Positions 39,637 through 53,230 of a DNA stretch of 64,000 nt are shown here, one piece after another. The notes below the pieces were generated by a model. The model had not been told where the DNA came from. It ran no database searches and saw only the letters and a program-made list of their open reading frames with translations. Made by a program: the position numbers and the translations under genes. Position 1 is the stretch's first letter. Every line of letters begins with the position of its first letter. Location of the stretch: assembly GCA_020137815.1 (NCBI GenBank), contig CM035351.1, forward strand, positions 2,108,001 to 2,172,000. The letters run 5' to 3'. Source of the stretch: Hormiphora californensis (taxonomy: Eukaryota > Animalia > Ctenophora).

Positions 39637-42600
39637 ATGGTCCTACTCGTCCTATTTCTCGGACTACTCCTAACTGCCACCCTATCGGATGAGGGTAGTC
39701 CCAGTCATAGGCACTTTTATGTGGATCCTGAAATGAACGATGTGGGGGTCTTGGCTGGAGATAAAGTCAGTATGGGACATGTTTAGACCTCTTTAGTTTT
39801 TCTCAGAATTTGTTGAGTAACGACTCGGAATATATTTATTTTCAGTTTTTACTGCTAAACACTCCCCAAACACTCTTTATGCCTAGGTGGTTGGATTGAT
39901 ATCTGATAAGATAGTTGGGTCCTCGAAAGTCCTCCAGGGTGGCCCCAGCTCGCGTGTTATCCTAGAGGACCCGCCCCCTGAGGGGGAGGAGGAGCAGCAG
40001 GGTGATTGGGATAGAGAAGAGGAGGAGCAGGGTGATTGGGATAGAGAGAATGAGGGTGGTTACCAAGACAACCATAAGGTTCCAGAGGATGGTTACCAGG
40101 ACAACGTTCCAGCTGACAGTGAGATGGATGATGACCGTGCTGATGATGAAGAGTGGAGCGAGAATGAAAAGGAGTGGGAGAACGATCAAGAGCAATGGGA
40201 GGAAAATGAGGAGGAGAAAATGGAAGATAAAACTCCTTATAAGGAGGAGAAAAACGAAGATAAAACTCCTTATAAGGAGGAGAAAAACGAAGATAAAACT
40301 CCTTATAAGGAGGATAAAAACGAAGATAAAACTAATGGTGAAGACCAAAACGAAGAAAAAGTTCCGGCGAGGGAACCAAAGAAAGATACAACTCCCGGAG
40401 AACAGAAAGAACAAGTTCCCCGGCCTCGTCAGGAGGGAAGGAGCGGGGAAACAACTGTAGCTCCCCGAAAACGACCAGATCACGATCAGGTCTTTGCAAC
40501 ACTCACAGCATCCACGGACAAAACGCTCACCCTAGAATTCACATCAAGTGTCACCCTCACAGCCAAGTATGATTATAATGAACGGGGGGGCGTCACCTTT
40601 TTTTTTGCCCATTGCCCATAATCCCAGCGAATTTTGGTTTTGCCCATATGGGCAAAATGGGCAAAAATGGGCAAAAGTGGGCAAAAATGGGCAAAATTAA
40701 ATTTTCAGTGTTATATGTCCTTTTTTCAACTCTATACCTTGATGTCATCTCTTAAAAACTCGGTCAGAATGGTCTTTGGTGTCTAATTAGTAGTCAAATT
40801 GTTTTTAGTGGTCAAATCCTAAATTTAGGTTTTTTTAGGTTTTTTGGCTTTAATGGGTTTTAGAAACGTCCTAGAACAAAATAAATACAAGCATCTTCCT
40901 CAGCGTGAAATTCTGCTTCGATTATAGTGGCTATAAACCTATCTATGATGTAAGGTGCAGGAGTTATTTTTTTGCCCATATTTGCCCATTTTGCCCAAAG
41001 TCCCACGATTTTTGAAAATTCACTTTTGCCCATATGGGCAAATATGGGCAAATATGGGCAAATATGGGCAAAATAAAAGGTGACGCCCCCCCCCCCCCCC
41101 CTAATGAACTCACTGAGTCACTTAGTTACGAAATAACCCCTTCACGCAAGCGGGCAAGGGAGGGGTTATTTTGTAACCAATTGAGTCACTGACCTCTTTA
41201 CAACCTCAGAGTAACATGTAAACCTCAGAAAAGTACATTTTCACCCTTTGACCCCCGACCCCCTCTGGCAGGGAACTAAAAATATAACATCAATTCTTCT
41301 CAGAGCGTTCCAACTGTGTGTGGTGAAGATCAGAGGACCTCTAGCGTGGGCACCACCCTCAGTTTCTTTCGACAATCGAGAGGTAAACTTTTCAAACCCG
41401 GCGGGAATAATAAAATTCAAGTACAGTCGGACCCCGATTTAACGGCCCCCGATTTAACGGCACCCCGATTTAACGGCAGGATAATCTTCCCCCGATATAG
41501 GAAATTAACAGTATTTGACCCCGATTTAGCGGACACCCCGATTTAACGGACAAAACCCTTTCCCCCGAGGGTGCCGTTAAATCGGGGTCCGACTGTACAA
41601 TCATTGATTTCTAAACAATTAACAAGTAATAATTGATTTCTAAACAAATAATGCCTCCCTGTACAGTTTCGGCAGTACAGTCAAGCGGTTATCCAGCATA
41701 CGGATGTTCCGATTGTTATGGGTGAATTTGGGAGATCTCATCCACCTGGCAAGGTATTTTGATGAATCATTGCTTTCAAACCAAACACACTAGACTAAAT
41801 CAGTCAGCTTGAGAATAATACTAGTTATTACTATGTGAGCCATACTATAATCGGCATACTATATGTTTAGGGAAGGACAATAAACGGGGTCTAGAGACGC
41901 CAGACAGCTTATAGCTATGGGGAAGGATGATATTATAGAGAGTTGAGAGGGCTATATGTGTTGTAAAGACAGCTAGCTATCTCTTGGTGCATGTAAATAA
42001 TAGAATGAATAGAATTAATATAGACTAATCTTTCAAAGCTTTGCTTAGCTTAGGAGACTGAGCTATGCTTGGTAGACAAACAAACAAACAAACAAATATA
42101 AATCTGAGCTCTGAAGGCTGCACCGGTCCAGTTTACCACCAACCCATTTCCATTAGGTGGTTCTTGGTAATGGAATGTGGTATGGTCGCATGAAGAATGG
42201 TCCCCTGCTACCTGACTCCTACTACCACGTTTTCTTCCGTCTAGTTGTTGCTCGCGATGAAGAGGTAATTGGAACAGTCATCAATATTTCAATTTCCATT
42301 GATTGGTTGAATGATTGACCAATGTTTTGTTAATATATGAACAACTCAAATTCCTATAAAATACCCTCCTACTCAGCTTACTAACAGCTCCTACCCACTC
42401 ACTAATGTTTTGTTTCTAACCCTCCCACTGCACTCAGGGTGACAAGTACCGGAGTCTCCCATACATGGGGTCCACCCAAACCGGTAACGCTGCTGTCTTC
42501 AGGACGGAGCCAGCATCTCCCCTATCCTTCTTACCCTCTGGCGGAGTTCTCCTTTGGTTGCTTGTGATAGCGGTCCTAATAATGATCCTGATTATCCTCT

Positions 42601-45303
42601 ACACATTCTGCCTTCAACTCTGTACACCTACCAGGTGAGATTCAGTGAATCGTAGAGAGAGAATGGGAGACAGTGCTATCTTCTGTTTTGTACAGTTGTT
42701 GCTTGGTGAGGGGAAGCAGTCTGAACAATTCAACGTTGACTAAATTATATATTCATTATTCGTGATTACCATTTACCTGCTCTAATGATTTATTTATTTT
42801 CAGCAACAAAAAGAAGAAGAAAAAGACTCTGAAGGAGTTGGGTAGCTCATCTAGCTCAACATTACAAGAGACGATCAGAAGACTATCTTCCTCTTTCCAT
42901 CAACACATAAAGTCCCGTGTTAACCCCACTAGAGGCAAGGTGGTTGGTTTCTCGGAGGAGGGGACTAGTGAGGAGAGGGAGGATATAGAAACTGCGGCCC
43001 CTGTGGACCCCTCATCCCCTCCTACTACAGTGATTTCTAGCGATGAGGAAGAAGGTTCTACTTGCTCAACTACAAAACCATGGGATTCTGTATCTCTAAC
43101 CACCTCAACCACTCTACCCTCGCCTCCCTGGGATGAGGGAACTAGTGATGACGTTATAAGTTATACCTCCACAGAGTCCGAGATTATACCCAAGTCCCAG
43201 TTGCAGACATCCTCACAAAGTGAAACTAAGATTGTCTCTGAACCAGTCATTATCACTGCCAAAAGTGGCAGTCCTGCGGTCGAGTTTGAGGAGCCTAAAA
43301 TGGCATCAGCCCCACGACAATCTGTTTATGAGAAGTTCAAGTTTGTGGGCGAGCTCAAGAATCTTCTATCTGGGAAACCGGGCATGGGAAAGAATAAGAA
43401 AGGAGACAAGAAGATCACATCAGAAGGTCAGGTTCAAACTCGTACTGTGCAGTGTGGGACTGTGGAATCCTCTCACAAGGAGGTGCAATCAGAAACAGTG
43501 GCCTCTGTTAGCAAGTTGGTCCAGGCAGATCAAAGTCCCAAAACGAAGAGCATAATGGTTCAATCAGAACAGATTGTAGCTGATGTCCTCACCTCCCCGA
43601 GGGTCCAGTTCCAGTTGGATCAGCTGGCCATGGAATCTGACACTACACTTCCCAGCTCAACGTCAAGAGCTTCTAAACCAACCTGGGATACCTCGAATTC
43701 TTCTTTAGAAATCTCTGCAAAGCCCTTTGGGACGCAAACATCAGGAGCTTCTAAATCTACCTGGGATAGCTCCAAGTCTACTTTAGAAATCTCTGCAGAA
43801 ACCCAAAAATCAAGTTCTAAATCTACCTGGGATAGCTCAAAGTCTACTTTAGAAATCTCTGCAGAACCCTTTGGGACCCAAACATCTAGTTCGAACTGTA
43901 CTATTGATTTTCCCTCCACTGCCACACAAACCGACCAACCTGATATCCGGACCCCAGACCACAATCACCAGACAAACAGTACACAAGAGAGAACCCCAGA
44001 TCACGTGACTCCTAAAACGTCAACTTTGGCACCTGCTCAAGTCACCCCACTGGCTGATATCTCCATGGAGAAAGGTGTCCAATACTCACCTGTCATGACA
44101 CCCATGGCCGACACCACAGCTGCAACCAGACATAACAACATGGTTGTGAGACCAAGACGGTCAGATGAGTATGCGTCTCTTGTCCAGAACAACGCCCCCT
44201 ACACACCCACTAGGATCCGGCCCCGGGGTTCTGAGCTGGGTAAATTGGGATACCTCGCGGAGCTCAATAGTCTCATGAGAATAACAGAGAAGAGGAAGAA
44301 TGATGAGAGGAGGGCTATGGAACAACTCATAGCTGGCAAATCTCCAGGAAGGAGAACAGAGAACAGTCCAATTAGCAGCCCGATCAGACATTCATCTTCT
44401 CCTGCTACCCCAGATTCAACCCAGACACAATCAAATGTTCTGGAATCCTGTAACTATCTCCATGAGAACATGCCCCAAATAAAGGCACTCCTTGAGCCAC
44501 ACAACCAGGAGAGGGAAGGGCGGACCAACGAAGGAGGGAGCCCACATGGGTCTGCTGTCAGTGCAATACCTGGATCTAATGAGCCCGAGCAAGAGACGTT
44601 ATATGCAGAAACGGCTACCCAAATGAGCAACACGAATTTGTGGAGCCCTCCCGGTTTAATTGAGGTAGCCACACAGATGAGTGACCACGGAGGGTTTACT
44701 GTGGACACCGGTATCCAATACTCGGGTAGTTTGGATAGGCTGTGGATGGATGATGAAGAGAAAACGAAGAGTCCATATTTGGACATGGGGGCCCTTCGGA
44801 GGCACCTGGAGAAAGAAGCCATGTCAGGTTCAGGGGGTCGCGATGGTAACAAGGGTGATAAACCCCGGGGCAAGAGTTTTTCGAGGATTCGAAATGCTCT
44901 CTCTGGGGTTTTCAGGGATGTACACAAGACAAAGTCGGGAGACGGTAGTGCAGATGGGAGTTTGATCAGCGAAGTGTCGTTCGAGGAATCGGTCTGTTTT
45001 GAGTGTCACGAACCTGCTCTTCGTGTTAATTCTCCCAACATACCCACCTCAGAGGACCTCAAAGCGAGGATAGAGACAGCCATACAGCGCCTGGCCGAGG
45101 GACAAGCCGGGGCTACAGACGACTACCCAACTCTGGCCACCATGCCATTTATAGTACGGACCCTTAGTCAGCCTGTTTCCGAGGCGGGAAGTGTTATTGA
45201 GACCAATAGGAGGAAGAGTGTAGGAGATATGGTGAGACAGTCTAGTGTTATGATATGCCCCTGTTGTAGTGCTACTAGTGCTGCCTCACTCACAGAGAAA
45301 TGA
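39637..45303 (+). CDS. Type I membrane protein: signal peptide, acidic region, RPTP-like juxtamembrane domain, TM, ~830-aa disordered tail
   Basis: Phase-consistent exons 39637-39765, 39887-40566, ~41304-41382, ~41668-41753, ~42158-42264 (VVLGNGMWYGRMKNGPLLPDSYYHVFFR), ~42439-42634 (TM VLLWLLVIAVLIMILIILYTFCL), 42804-45303 (starts with NKKKKKK stop-transfer). Confidence 0.75.
40584..41101. mobile_element. MITE with G-run/C-run termini and 8-bp TSD (intronic)
   Basis: TSD TAATGAAC at 40576-40583 and 41102-41109; TIR GGGGGGGCGTCACCTTTT; subterminal ATGGGCAAA repeats. Confidence 0.88.
41424..41595. mobile_element. Small pogo/Tc1-type MITE
   Basis: TA|CAGTCGGACCCCGATTTAACGGC ... GCCGTTAAATCGGGGTCCGACTG|TA with internal CCCCGATTTAACGG repeats. 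Confidence 0.88.
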
Positions 45304-45420
45304 GTACAGGACGCTGCAGCCCTTTATATTACAGTGAGACAGTGTGATTTGTGATACCGCGTGTTACTGTCAGTGTGTCACACAGTTTATTCTTGGAAAC
45401 ACCTTGTGTTCAGTTTGTTC

Positions 45421-45802
45421 GGGGGCAGATTTGGCCCCAGTGGCACAAGCTTTCAATTCTACCGGAAATGTCAAAAAACCGATGACCGATTTCTGCAGTC
45501 TGCCGGTTTCTGCCGGAAAAATCGAAAATATTGCCAATATATACCTGATATTCTGTCGGTTTTTGATTGCGCATTCTTAGCGCTAAAAACTCCTTTTAAA
45601 AGGTGTCGCCGCTTACATAAAGATGTTAGAGGCTATCCAGAATGATTAATTTGAAAAATTTTGGGGGAAAGTGATTTGGTTCTCTGCCGGTTTTACAATT
45701 CTGCCGGTCAAAACCGGATTGGAAGATTTGGACTTCTGTGCCACTGGGGATTTGGCATCGAAAATTGGAAAATTGACTGGAAATTCTTTCAAATCTGCCC
45801 CC
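45421..45802. mobile_element. Older MITE with GGGGGCAGATTT termini
   Basis: GGGGGCAGATTTG ... CAAATCTGCCCCC plus inverted CCCCAGTGGCACA; TSD degenerate. Confidence 0.6.
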
Positions 45803-46204
45803 AACTTGTTGAAACACGCTATATATAGCTGTTGGGAAACTGGTATTATTGGGGGAAGAATACAGAAAGCACAAATAAGATTTCTCTCGGTTCTATCTCT
45901 CACTTGTCGTACATATTAAGGGGACATGTTTAAATATATCGACAGTTTATCTTGTACGGATATTGCTTAAATAATATACGGTTTGATAAAAATTGGTAAC
46001 TTTGATATATCATCAATGAAATTAAATTAAAACCCACTCAGAAACTCAGACAACAACATTATACACCCTCATCACCATTATTATAGCTATCGACTCTAAT
46101 GAACCCTACACATTTATATCATCGGACACTCAAAAGAAACAAATAGACACACGTTACACAGGTTCTGGATTCTAGTGGTATAGATCTAGGTCATATTTAG
46201 GGAG

Positions 46205-47712
46205 CTAAAGTGTGCTCATAGTCCATAACACATAGTCTGAAGTATCGACGGTGACAAAATCTGATCCGTCGAAGGAGTTATTGGAGCTAATTTGGGAGCC
46301 AAATATCAACTTGTGTTTATCTGGGGAGGGGTGAATATTAGTGTGAGTAGTAGAGGGAGGTAATTATGTGCAGAAATCTTTGCAGACTGCATAAAATATC
46401 CAAATAAAACATATCCCCCGGGGAGTTGAGACTTACTAAGATTGTATGCCAATCCAGTTGTAGAAATGGATCGACAGGGTTCTCCTAAGGGCACCAGACC
46501 GCAGAATGATCCCTCTAGGCCAGTGTTGACGTATATCTTGTGTCGGCCGGGAGGTAGGACAAAAGTTAGCGTGTCTGGGGCAATCAGGAACAGAGGTGTT
46601 TCACTGGATTTTGTGTGCTTGTACAGGGTGTTCAAGATAGATAAACTCTGGTCCAACCTTCCCCCGTGGGAACCTAGAGAGGAGAAAATTAATCACTGAA
46701 GAAAAACACTAAATTTGTATTTTTAATTTTGTGGAAAGTTCATTTTACCTAGCACGTAGACGACATCAAATTGTTTGTTGGTAACTTTCTCATGCTTAGT
46801 AATTAGTTTCAAGCATTTCTCAAAATCAGTCGTGTTCTGATCACTGAACTTCGCAATTTTGGATCCCTGAAAATTGAGAAACATGTATTGGTAAATCAGC
46901 AAATTCAAGACTATCAAACACAACACAGCAAGGGCAGGGAATGGGGGATTGGTCAAAATTGATACCTGTTTTTCATAGAAAAGAAGGACATCTTTGTAGA
47001 CGCTATCCAAGTCGCCAGCAACATATTCAGGAATAAGGGGTCCTTGGGTTGATGAAACTTGGTACAACCTATTCGCACCACCATCCGCACAAATGTGGAA
47101 TCGAGCTGAATAGGAAATAGGTTATATTTGTCGGTGTGACTTGTTTTAGCATGGTACATCAAAGATTTGTTTAATCTAGAGTTTCCACATCGATTTTGGT
47201 CAATCAAGGCCCCTGACAGAGGTCAAAGCACAACATTGTTGTCAACAACTTTTGGACAACAATGCTGTGCGTTGAACAGGGCGGGTCGGGAGTTTCAAAC
47301 GCGGCACGAGTATGCGCATTCTTGCGCGCTGAACAAACCAGGGCGGGTCGTGGCGCCCTACGTCTAAGCGCGATCGTCCAGCACCAGGCGGTAAGACGGT
47401 CTCTCTCAGAAGCACTCCATGTGTTATAGGTACCTGTCTTCCAGAGAGTCCTCAATTTGTCATCAAGTTCAGATAGTGACGAGTTCAATATTATTAGGGC
47501 AACGTTCAGTTCTGAAACAAATTGTCAGTTAGAAACGGGAATAGCGGGAGGGGTATGTGGGGTAGTTGGTGTGAGTGAGAATGGGCGAATCGCCAATCTT
47601 AAATTCGTGTGCAATCGCCATGACAAGCCCATTAGTAAACCATTGACAAAACGGGGAGTTCCAAACTTGGGATAAACACACGAAAATGGTTTATACGCAT
47701 GATCTGTGGCGA
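46205..47712 (-). CDS. TPK1: Thiamine pyrophosphokinase 1; the start-codon exon lies further upstream and was not located
   Basis: Exons encode HAYKPF, VALIILN...LW, ICADGGANRLY, AGDLDS, DQNTTDFEKC, GGRLDQ, CGLVPLG, TTGLAYNL, ISSNN, VLWTM. Confidence 0.9.
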
Positions 47713-47837
47713 CTGTAAATGTTACACATGAAAATCAGCCAGTTTTAAGATAAACAGATAGAATTGGACTTCTATAATAATGACACTGAACAAATTTTCA
47801 AAACTTTCGCACTGCAAACTTTAAACCCTTGGATTGT

Positions 47838-48191
47838 TTATATCAGAGCCTCGTGAGGCCATCCTAATTTCTTGGCTAAGTCTTGTCGTGGGGCTGACTC
47901 GCTGAAGGCACTACCGAAGGGGTTTAAGTTTTTCTCTGTGCCGATTCTCCAGCCCACAAGGTGACCACTTGTTTTCGGGACTTTTTGTTGACACAACGGC
48001 ATACCATCCTCGATAGGGGGGAGTGAACAACTCCCCTTGTTTTCCTTCTGCTCCTTTCCCTCTTTTCCTTCAAAGATATCCTGATATTCACTGGTTAGAA
48101 ATCCCCACTTCTTTTCCCACATCTTCGCTGCAGTGTGCTCTCGGCTCATGTGAATCTTCCAAATATCATCTTTAGCGACGAAGTTTGCCAT
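47838..48191 (-). CDS. Intronless CIMIP1/C20orf85-like ciliary microtubule inner protein, 117 aa
   Basis: NFVAKDDIWK....E..A...W.KKWGFL, PKTSGHLVGWR and C-terminal L.KKLGWP; true ATG likely 48191. Confidence 0.78.
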   Translation of the reverse strand: MANFVAKDDIWKIHMSREHTAAKMWEKKWGFLTSEYQDIFEGKEGKEQKENKGSCSLPPIEDGMPLCQQKVPKTSGHLVGWRIGTEKNLNPFGSAFSESAPRQDLAKKLGWPHEALI

Positions 48192-49328
48192 TTCAAAACT
48201 AAAATCTTCAACAAAAGTTAATTTTAATATTCCCACAGTGAGCAATAACGTCACTGCTCCTTCATAAAAACTCTTTGTTAATGAAAAATGCCTTCTACTT
48301 CATTTCACGGCTCAAGAAGAAAGTGAGAGTGCTCGACGCAAAAGGGATAACAACTTGAGTCCATGAATCCTGTCAAAAGCAATATTTTGACAGCATGATA
48401 CTGATATTCCTACACGGCCTCAAAAGCAATTTACTACTCGTGTAGTGATTGAATAAACTGATAGAATACGTTTTCTATATATGAGAGTGCAACAAACGAA
48501 AATCAGTAATTGCAGTTAATGATTGCTGGTTACAACCGAAGAGAGCATGCGAAAACATGCACGCATCACGTGGCACTCTCACGTGCTTTCAAATTCAAGA
48601 CACACTTGAATGGCAAGAACACGATAATACATTAAGAAGAGAAAGAAAAAGGAGTCCAAGTTTCAATAAATGTACAGGCCTCTTAGAGTAAGTACAAGTT
48701 AGTTGCAGCAAGTTTTTCTACATTGTGAGATAAAAGAAAGACCGTAAAAACAAATCGCGACAATTTGACAACCATTACATAATATTTGCAATAAAGGCGG
48801 TGGGCCGAAAGAAATCTTTGCAATAAATCTATAATAATGTCATTTTATGACAAGCGTGCACCTTGTCAACATTTGCCCCTCCCTAATCCCTATCCCTGCT
48901 GCAATGATGCATGTCAGAGAGACAGACTGTCACTCCATCCCTTCTTTTACATTCTCTCATTCATCTTTCTTCCTTTTTCTCTCCAGCCTTGATATCCCTC
49001 ATGATTCCCAGTCTACTTCTTTAGTCCAAGTAAACGATAGATGAAACAAATTTAGCTTCTTTTGCCAACAGTACATTGTTACAGCCAGTTATCGATCTTC
49101 TAGAAATGACCTCGTGTAATCAGACAAACAATACAATACAGATAGAAAAAAGACGGATACAAAAAAGACAGAAAAAGTAAAGATTCACAGAAAAACAGAC
49201 GGACTTGCAGTTTTATTTTGTTTCGGGGTGCAGTGAGAGGGGGTCGAGCAAGGCAACAAAAGACATACGTATCACACTAAAGTGATATTATTTTTGTTCA
49301 AAAGTTTCCTTGGAACTTCTCCGTGCTA

Positions 49329-50063
49329 CAAGTGCTAACATTGGTAACGAAGTTACCCCTCCCTTGCCGGCGCGCAAAGCGCACCAAACGAAGGCCGCGA
49401 TGCGGCCTGAGTTAGGGGTAACAAACCCGCTTTGATTCACTTCAAAAATTAATAGCTCCTCAACCACTCAATGAAAATGCACCAAATTTTGGTATTCCCC
49501 ACCAAATTGTCTGAAAATTATAATTCTGTACTCATATTTGAAAAATTATCCCCGGAACCTTGGTATAGAAATCAGTTTTAGGTGTTAATGATGAAAAAAA
49601 TTTTTGAAAAAGTAGGTCAGGTATGCTTAACATCATATCAAAGATCGTGGCAAAGTTTGAAGTTTCTATCTTCAAAGGTCTGGCCATCAAAATTAAAAAG
49701 GTCTTGAAGTTGAACCATTTGTACAAAACATGTTGTAACTCAGCTTCTACTTTGCCAAATTAAACCTGGTTTGAAACACTGAACTGCTAATCTATCCCTC
49801 CGAATACGGACGAAGTTTGAAACCGCCAGCTCTATTGGCCGCTCTGCAATACTTGTTTGTGTCAAAGAAATCAGGAAAATAACGAGATTTGGTCTCGGTG
49901 TGGCCCTGTGCGCGGCTCAAACCCCTTAGGCTAGAACTATGTAGTGTAGACTACAACTTTTCAGTGCTCAGTATGACGGTTTGGGCGCGTTAAGAAAATA
50001 TGGTAAGCGCTTCCGATACCTCTAAACAGAGTGTGAGGTGTCTTCGATACCAAGTGCTAACAT
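49329..50063. mobile_element. Probable non-autonomous repetitive element
   Basis: CAAGTGCTAACAT repeated at both ends; internal sequence resembles other MITE-like inserts in the window. Confidence 0.35.
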
Positions 50064-50245
50064 CTGTCACCCTTGAAAGCATATCATGTATGCGTTAAAC
50101 TTCATAGACCCCGATAATCATGGTTTGAATTTTGAAACACCGGAACAATTGAACAAGTTTAGCTCACATTTTTGATGGCTATCTCTGTCTCCCGCTTGAT
50201 AGTACATAATGACAAAAACCCATACAACAGCACCTTCAAAATGTG

Positions 50246-50550
<305 letters not shown>

Positions 50551-51949
50551 TAAAGGTATCGTATCTTGTTGACAATGATGTACATTCACTCCCACTCACT
50601 GCAGTGATTCGGAGAACCACACTGCACACAGCCAGCTCACTCACAAATCACAATAGCCGCATGTAGCGATCCATATAGCATAGGAACCAGGCTCAGTGGA
50701 GAGCCACACTGCAGCACACTGCCGCATGTAGCGATCCAAATAGGAACCAGGCTCAGTGCTTCAGTGTTCAACTTCCCGGATATCATTCTCTCTGTACTGG
50801 ATTGCTGGAACCCCTTTACTACTGCTGTAGTATGGAGTAGTTAAAGAGCGGCAAAGAAGAATAAGAAGATCACGTGCTCACTCTACTTCCCCCTCTACAC
50901 TCATACACCACCAGTCGAGCTGCTGCTACTGCAGGGGGGGTCACTACAGCGTGTACAATTGCACCACCTCTCCAATTAAGAGAGATTGTAGTGGCCAAAA
51001 GGTAATGAGGCGCATGGGTAGTAGCAGAAATACTTTCGAAGTCGCCGTTATTTCATCCTACTACCATTCCAATTATTGTAATGCTTTAGTACTGTACTTT
51101 ACCACTCAAGACTCGGTAAGAGTTTTAAAAGGCTTTGATAAAATGAATTTATTCGAAATATATTCAACATAACCACCATTATATGGAAAGCATTTAGCGT
51201 CGAAATACAGGTTTTATATCGGTATAATAGTTACCCCCCCCCCCTTTACCCTTGCGCAACCTGCCGTCACAGCTCTACACGGAAAGTGGAGCAGCTTTAC
51301 AACGCGAGGTGGGGATAAAACTAGGGGTGTGGCTATATTCAGAATAAAGCTGACAAACTGGAAAATTAGTTTGTGTAATGTAATGGGACATGTAAAATTA
51401 GTGAAATGTACCATGTATAACACGGGGAGAAACCCAGGGGGCTGACCCTTTTCTAGTGTATTGGACCTAAGTGTCCAAACCTAATTAATAAACGTACCAA
51501 TTTGAGGGTTTTTGATGCAGGCAAGAGGAGACCATATCGTTACCTCTCCCATGATTATGTAGAATCAAACCAGTCTACATTCTATAGGGGGTATTGGTAA
51601 TCAGTCAAATTACAATCATTAGGATTTTCTACATATATAATACATTGGACACAGTGGGGGAGGGACATTTATGTTTTTCCAGGCTTTATCAATGTCGACA
51701 TGCAGTTTTGATGAACTAGATTTGGGCGTCGGCTGTATTTGGAATTGAGCCAAAATAAGAAGAACTGCTACTGAACTATAGTTGCTGGTAATCGATCACA
51801 CATTACATCAAACTGAGTCGCCTGTCTGAGCTATACATAAAGTATGAACAATTCAAATATCAACGCCCTCAACGGTTAAAATGTTGATGAGACGAAAGGG
51901 GCGTGCTTAGATCTCATAATAACTTTATAGACTCATTAAGCTTATACTA

Positions 51950-51992
<43 letters not shown>

Positions 51993-53153
51993 TTATGTTC
52001 ATTTGAAGTTGCACAATCCCCTGGTATACCTAGCTACCACCCAATTCACTGTGTCAATGTGATGAAGAGTGTCAGCTAAAATAACTTTCTAAGAACTGTT
52101 GACTATCACACAGAGCAACAATTCTTGGTAAGACAGTAAGATAGATGAATTCTTCTTCTTAAATTGTGTACCCAATGGTGAGCACTGAGCTGCCTTCAGC
52201 TACATGGTTAAGAATTCAGACAGCACCTGATGATTAAATTGGTCGGTCACCACTTAGTCCTCAAATTACCATTCGCCTTGGTGACGCAGTCACCCTTACA
52301 ACTCGTGCGTGAAGCGCGATAAAACAACTCGTTGTAAGAGAGGCACCACCAACCATTCGCCAGCATCGTGTCGCCACTCGCCATACCCCATGGAGAGCAG
52401 AAGGGCTGGGGACGAAGTACATAGTAAAAACTTGGCATGAGCTGCAACGCAGATACACTCATACACAGTGAGGGTCGCGGGATGTGCATCATTTCATGCA
52501 GCTCAAGATTGAGCATATGTCATATTGGTAAATATATCTGGGCGATGTCTGGACGACGTCAGCAGCAAGTCGCTATTCACTACCCCAACACCGATTGGCT
52601 TAGTTGATTGATGTCCAGGCCCCTTTACTTTGGTACGGGATAAGGCAGCGCTTTTCAATTGACTTGGCCTACGCTGCAGTCCCTCTTAACCCTATCAAGG
52701 AGCTGGGAAGGTCGGGGGATTGGCATATTCTGTATTCAGTATTCTACAGACAAATACTCACTAGAATGCACTAATAATTCAACACTTAACAAAGAGTTTA
52801 AGTTAACTTGTAAACTGTTTAACGTTTCCACGCTGCTGCAAACGCTGCTGGCCCTATTTGGAACACACTTCCGCAGTCTGCGTCACGTAGTGGGATACGG
52901 CAGCGCTTTTCAACCGAGTCGGGAATCCCGGCCTGGCCAGGCAGGCGCCAATACGATCTGGGTGTTTGGGAAGCCTGTTTACAGGTGCACGCTGGCCGCT
53001 GCCAAAAAAGTACCCTGCACTAAAACGGCTCCAACCGCCAAACCACTCAACCGTTTTGGCTAATTCAACGTTTATCTGATAGGAAATGTCAAGTACTAAC
53101 CCCAACCCAAACCCAGCCCTAACCTTAACCCTACTTTAACCCTAAACTTCAAC

Positions 53154-53194
53154 TTTCAAACTTTTCAACACTACTTTAAACAAATTAATTTGAG
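53154..53194 (+). other. Spliced-leader exon copy 1 at the CR1 5' end
   Basis: TTTCAAACTTTTCAACACTACTTTAAACAAATTAATTTGAG; identical to 58114-58154; matches the ctenophore SL as I recall it. Confidence 0.88.
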
Positions 53195-53230
53195 GTGCGG
53201 CATCCTCCACCTCAAATGATTTCAGAAGAT

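Noticed and set aside
40567-40621. MITE apparently truncating the 244-aa ORF at 39887
   Set aside because: A phase-compatible GTATGA donor at 40567 precedes the insertion, so it is intronic.
47288-47300. GGGAGTTTCAAAC resembling the recalled SL 5' end
   Set aside because: Only 13 nt, the match stops there, and it lies antisense in a TPK1 intron; likely chance.
53095-53146. Telomere-like (TAACCC)n suggesting a telomere-targeting LINE
   Set aside because: Short, degenerate and internal to a non-autonomous DNA element; no evidence of a chromosome end or site specificity from one copy.
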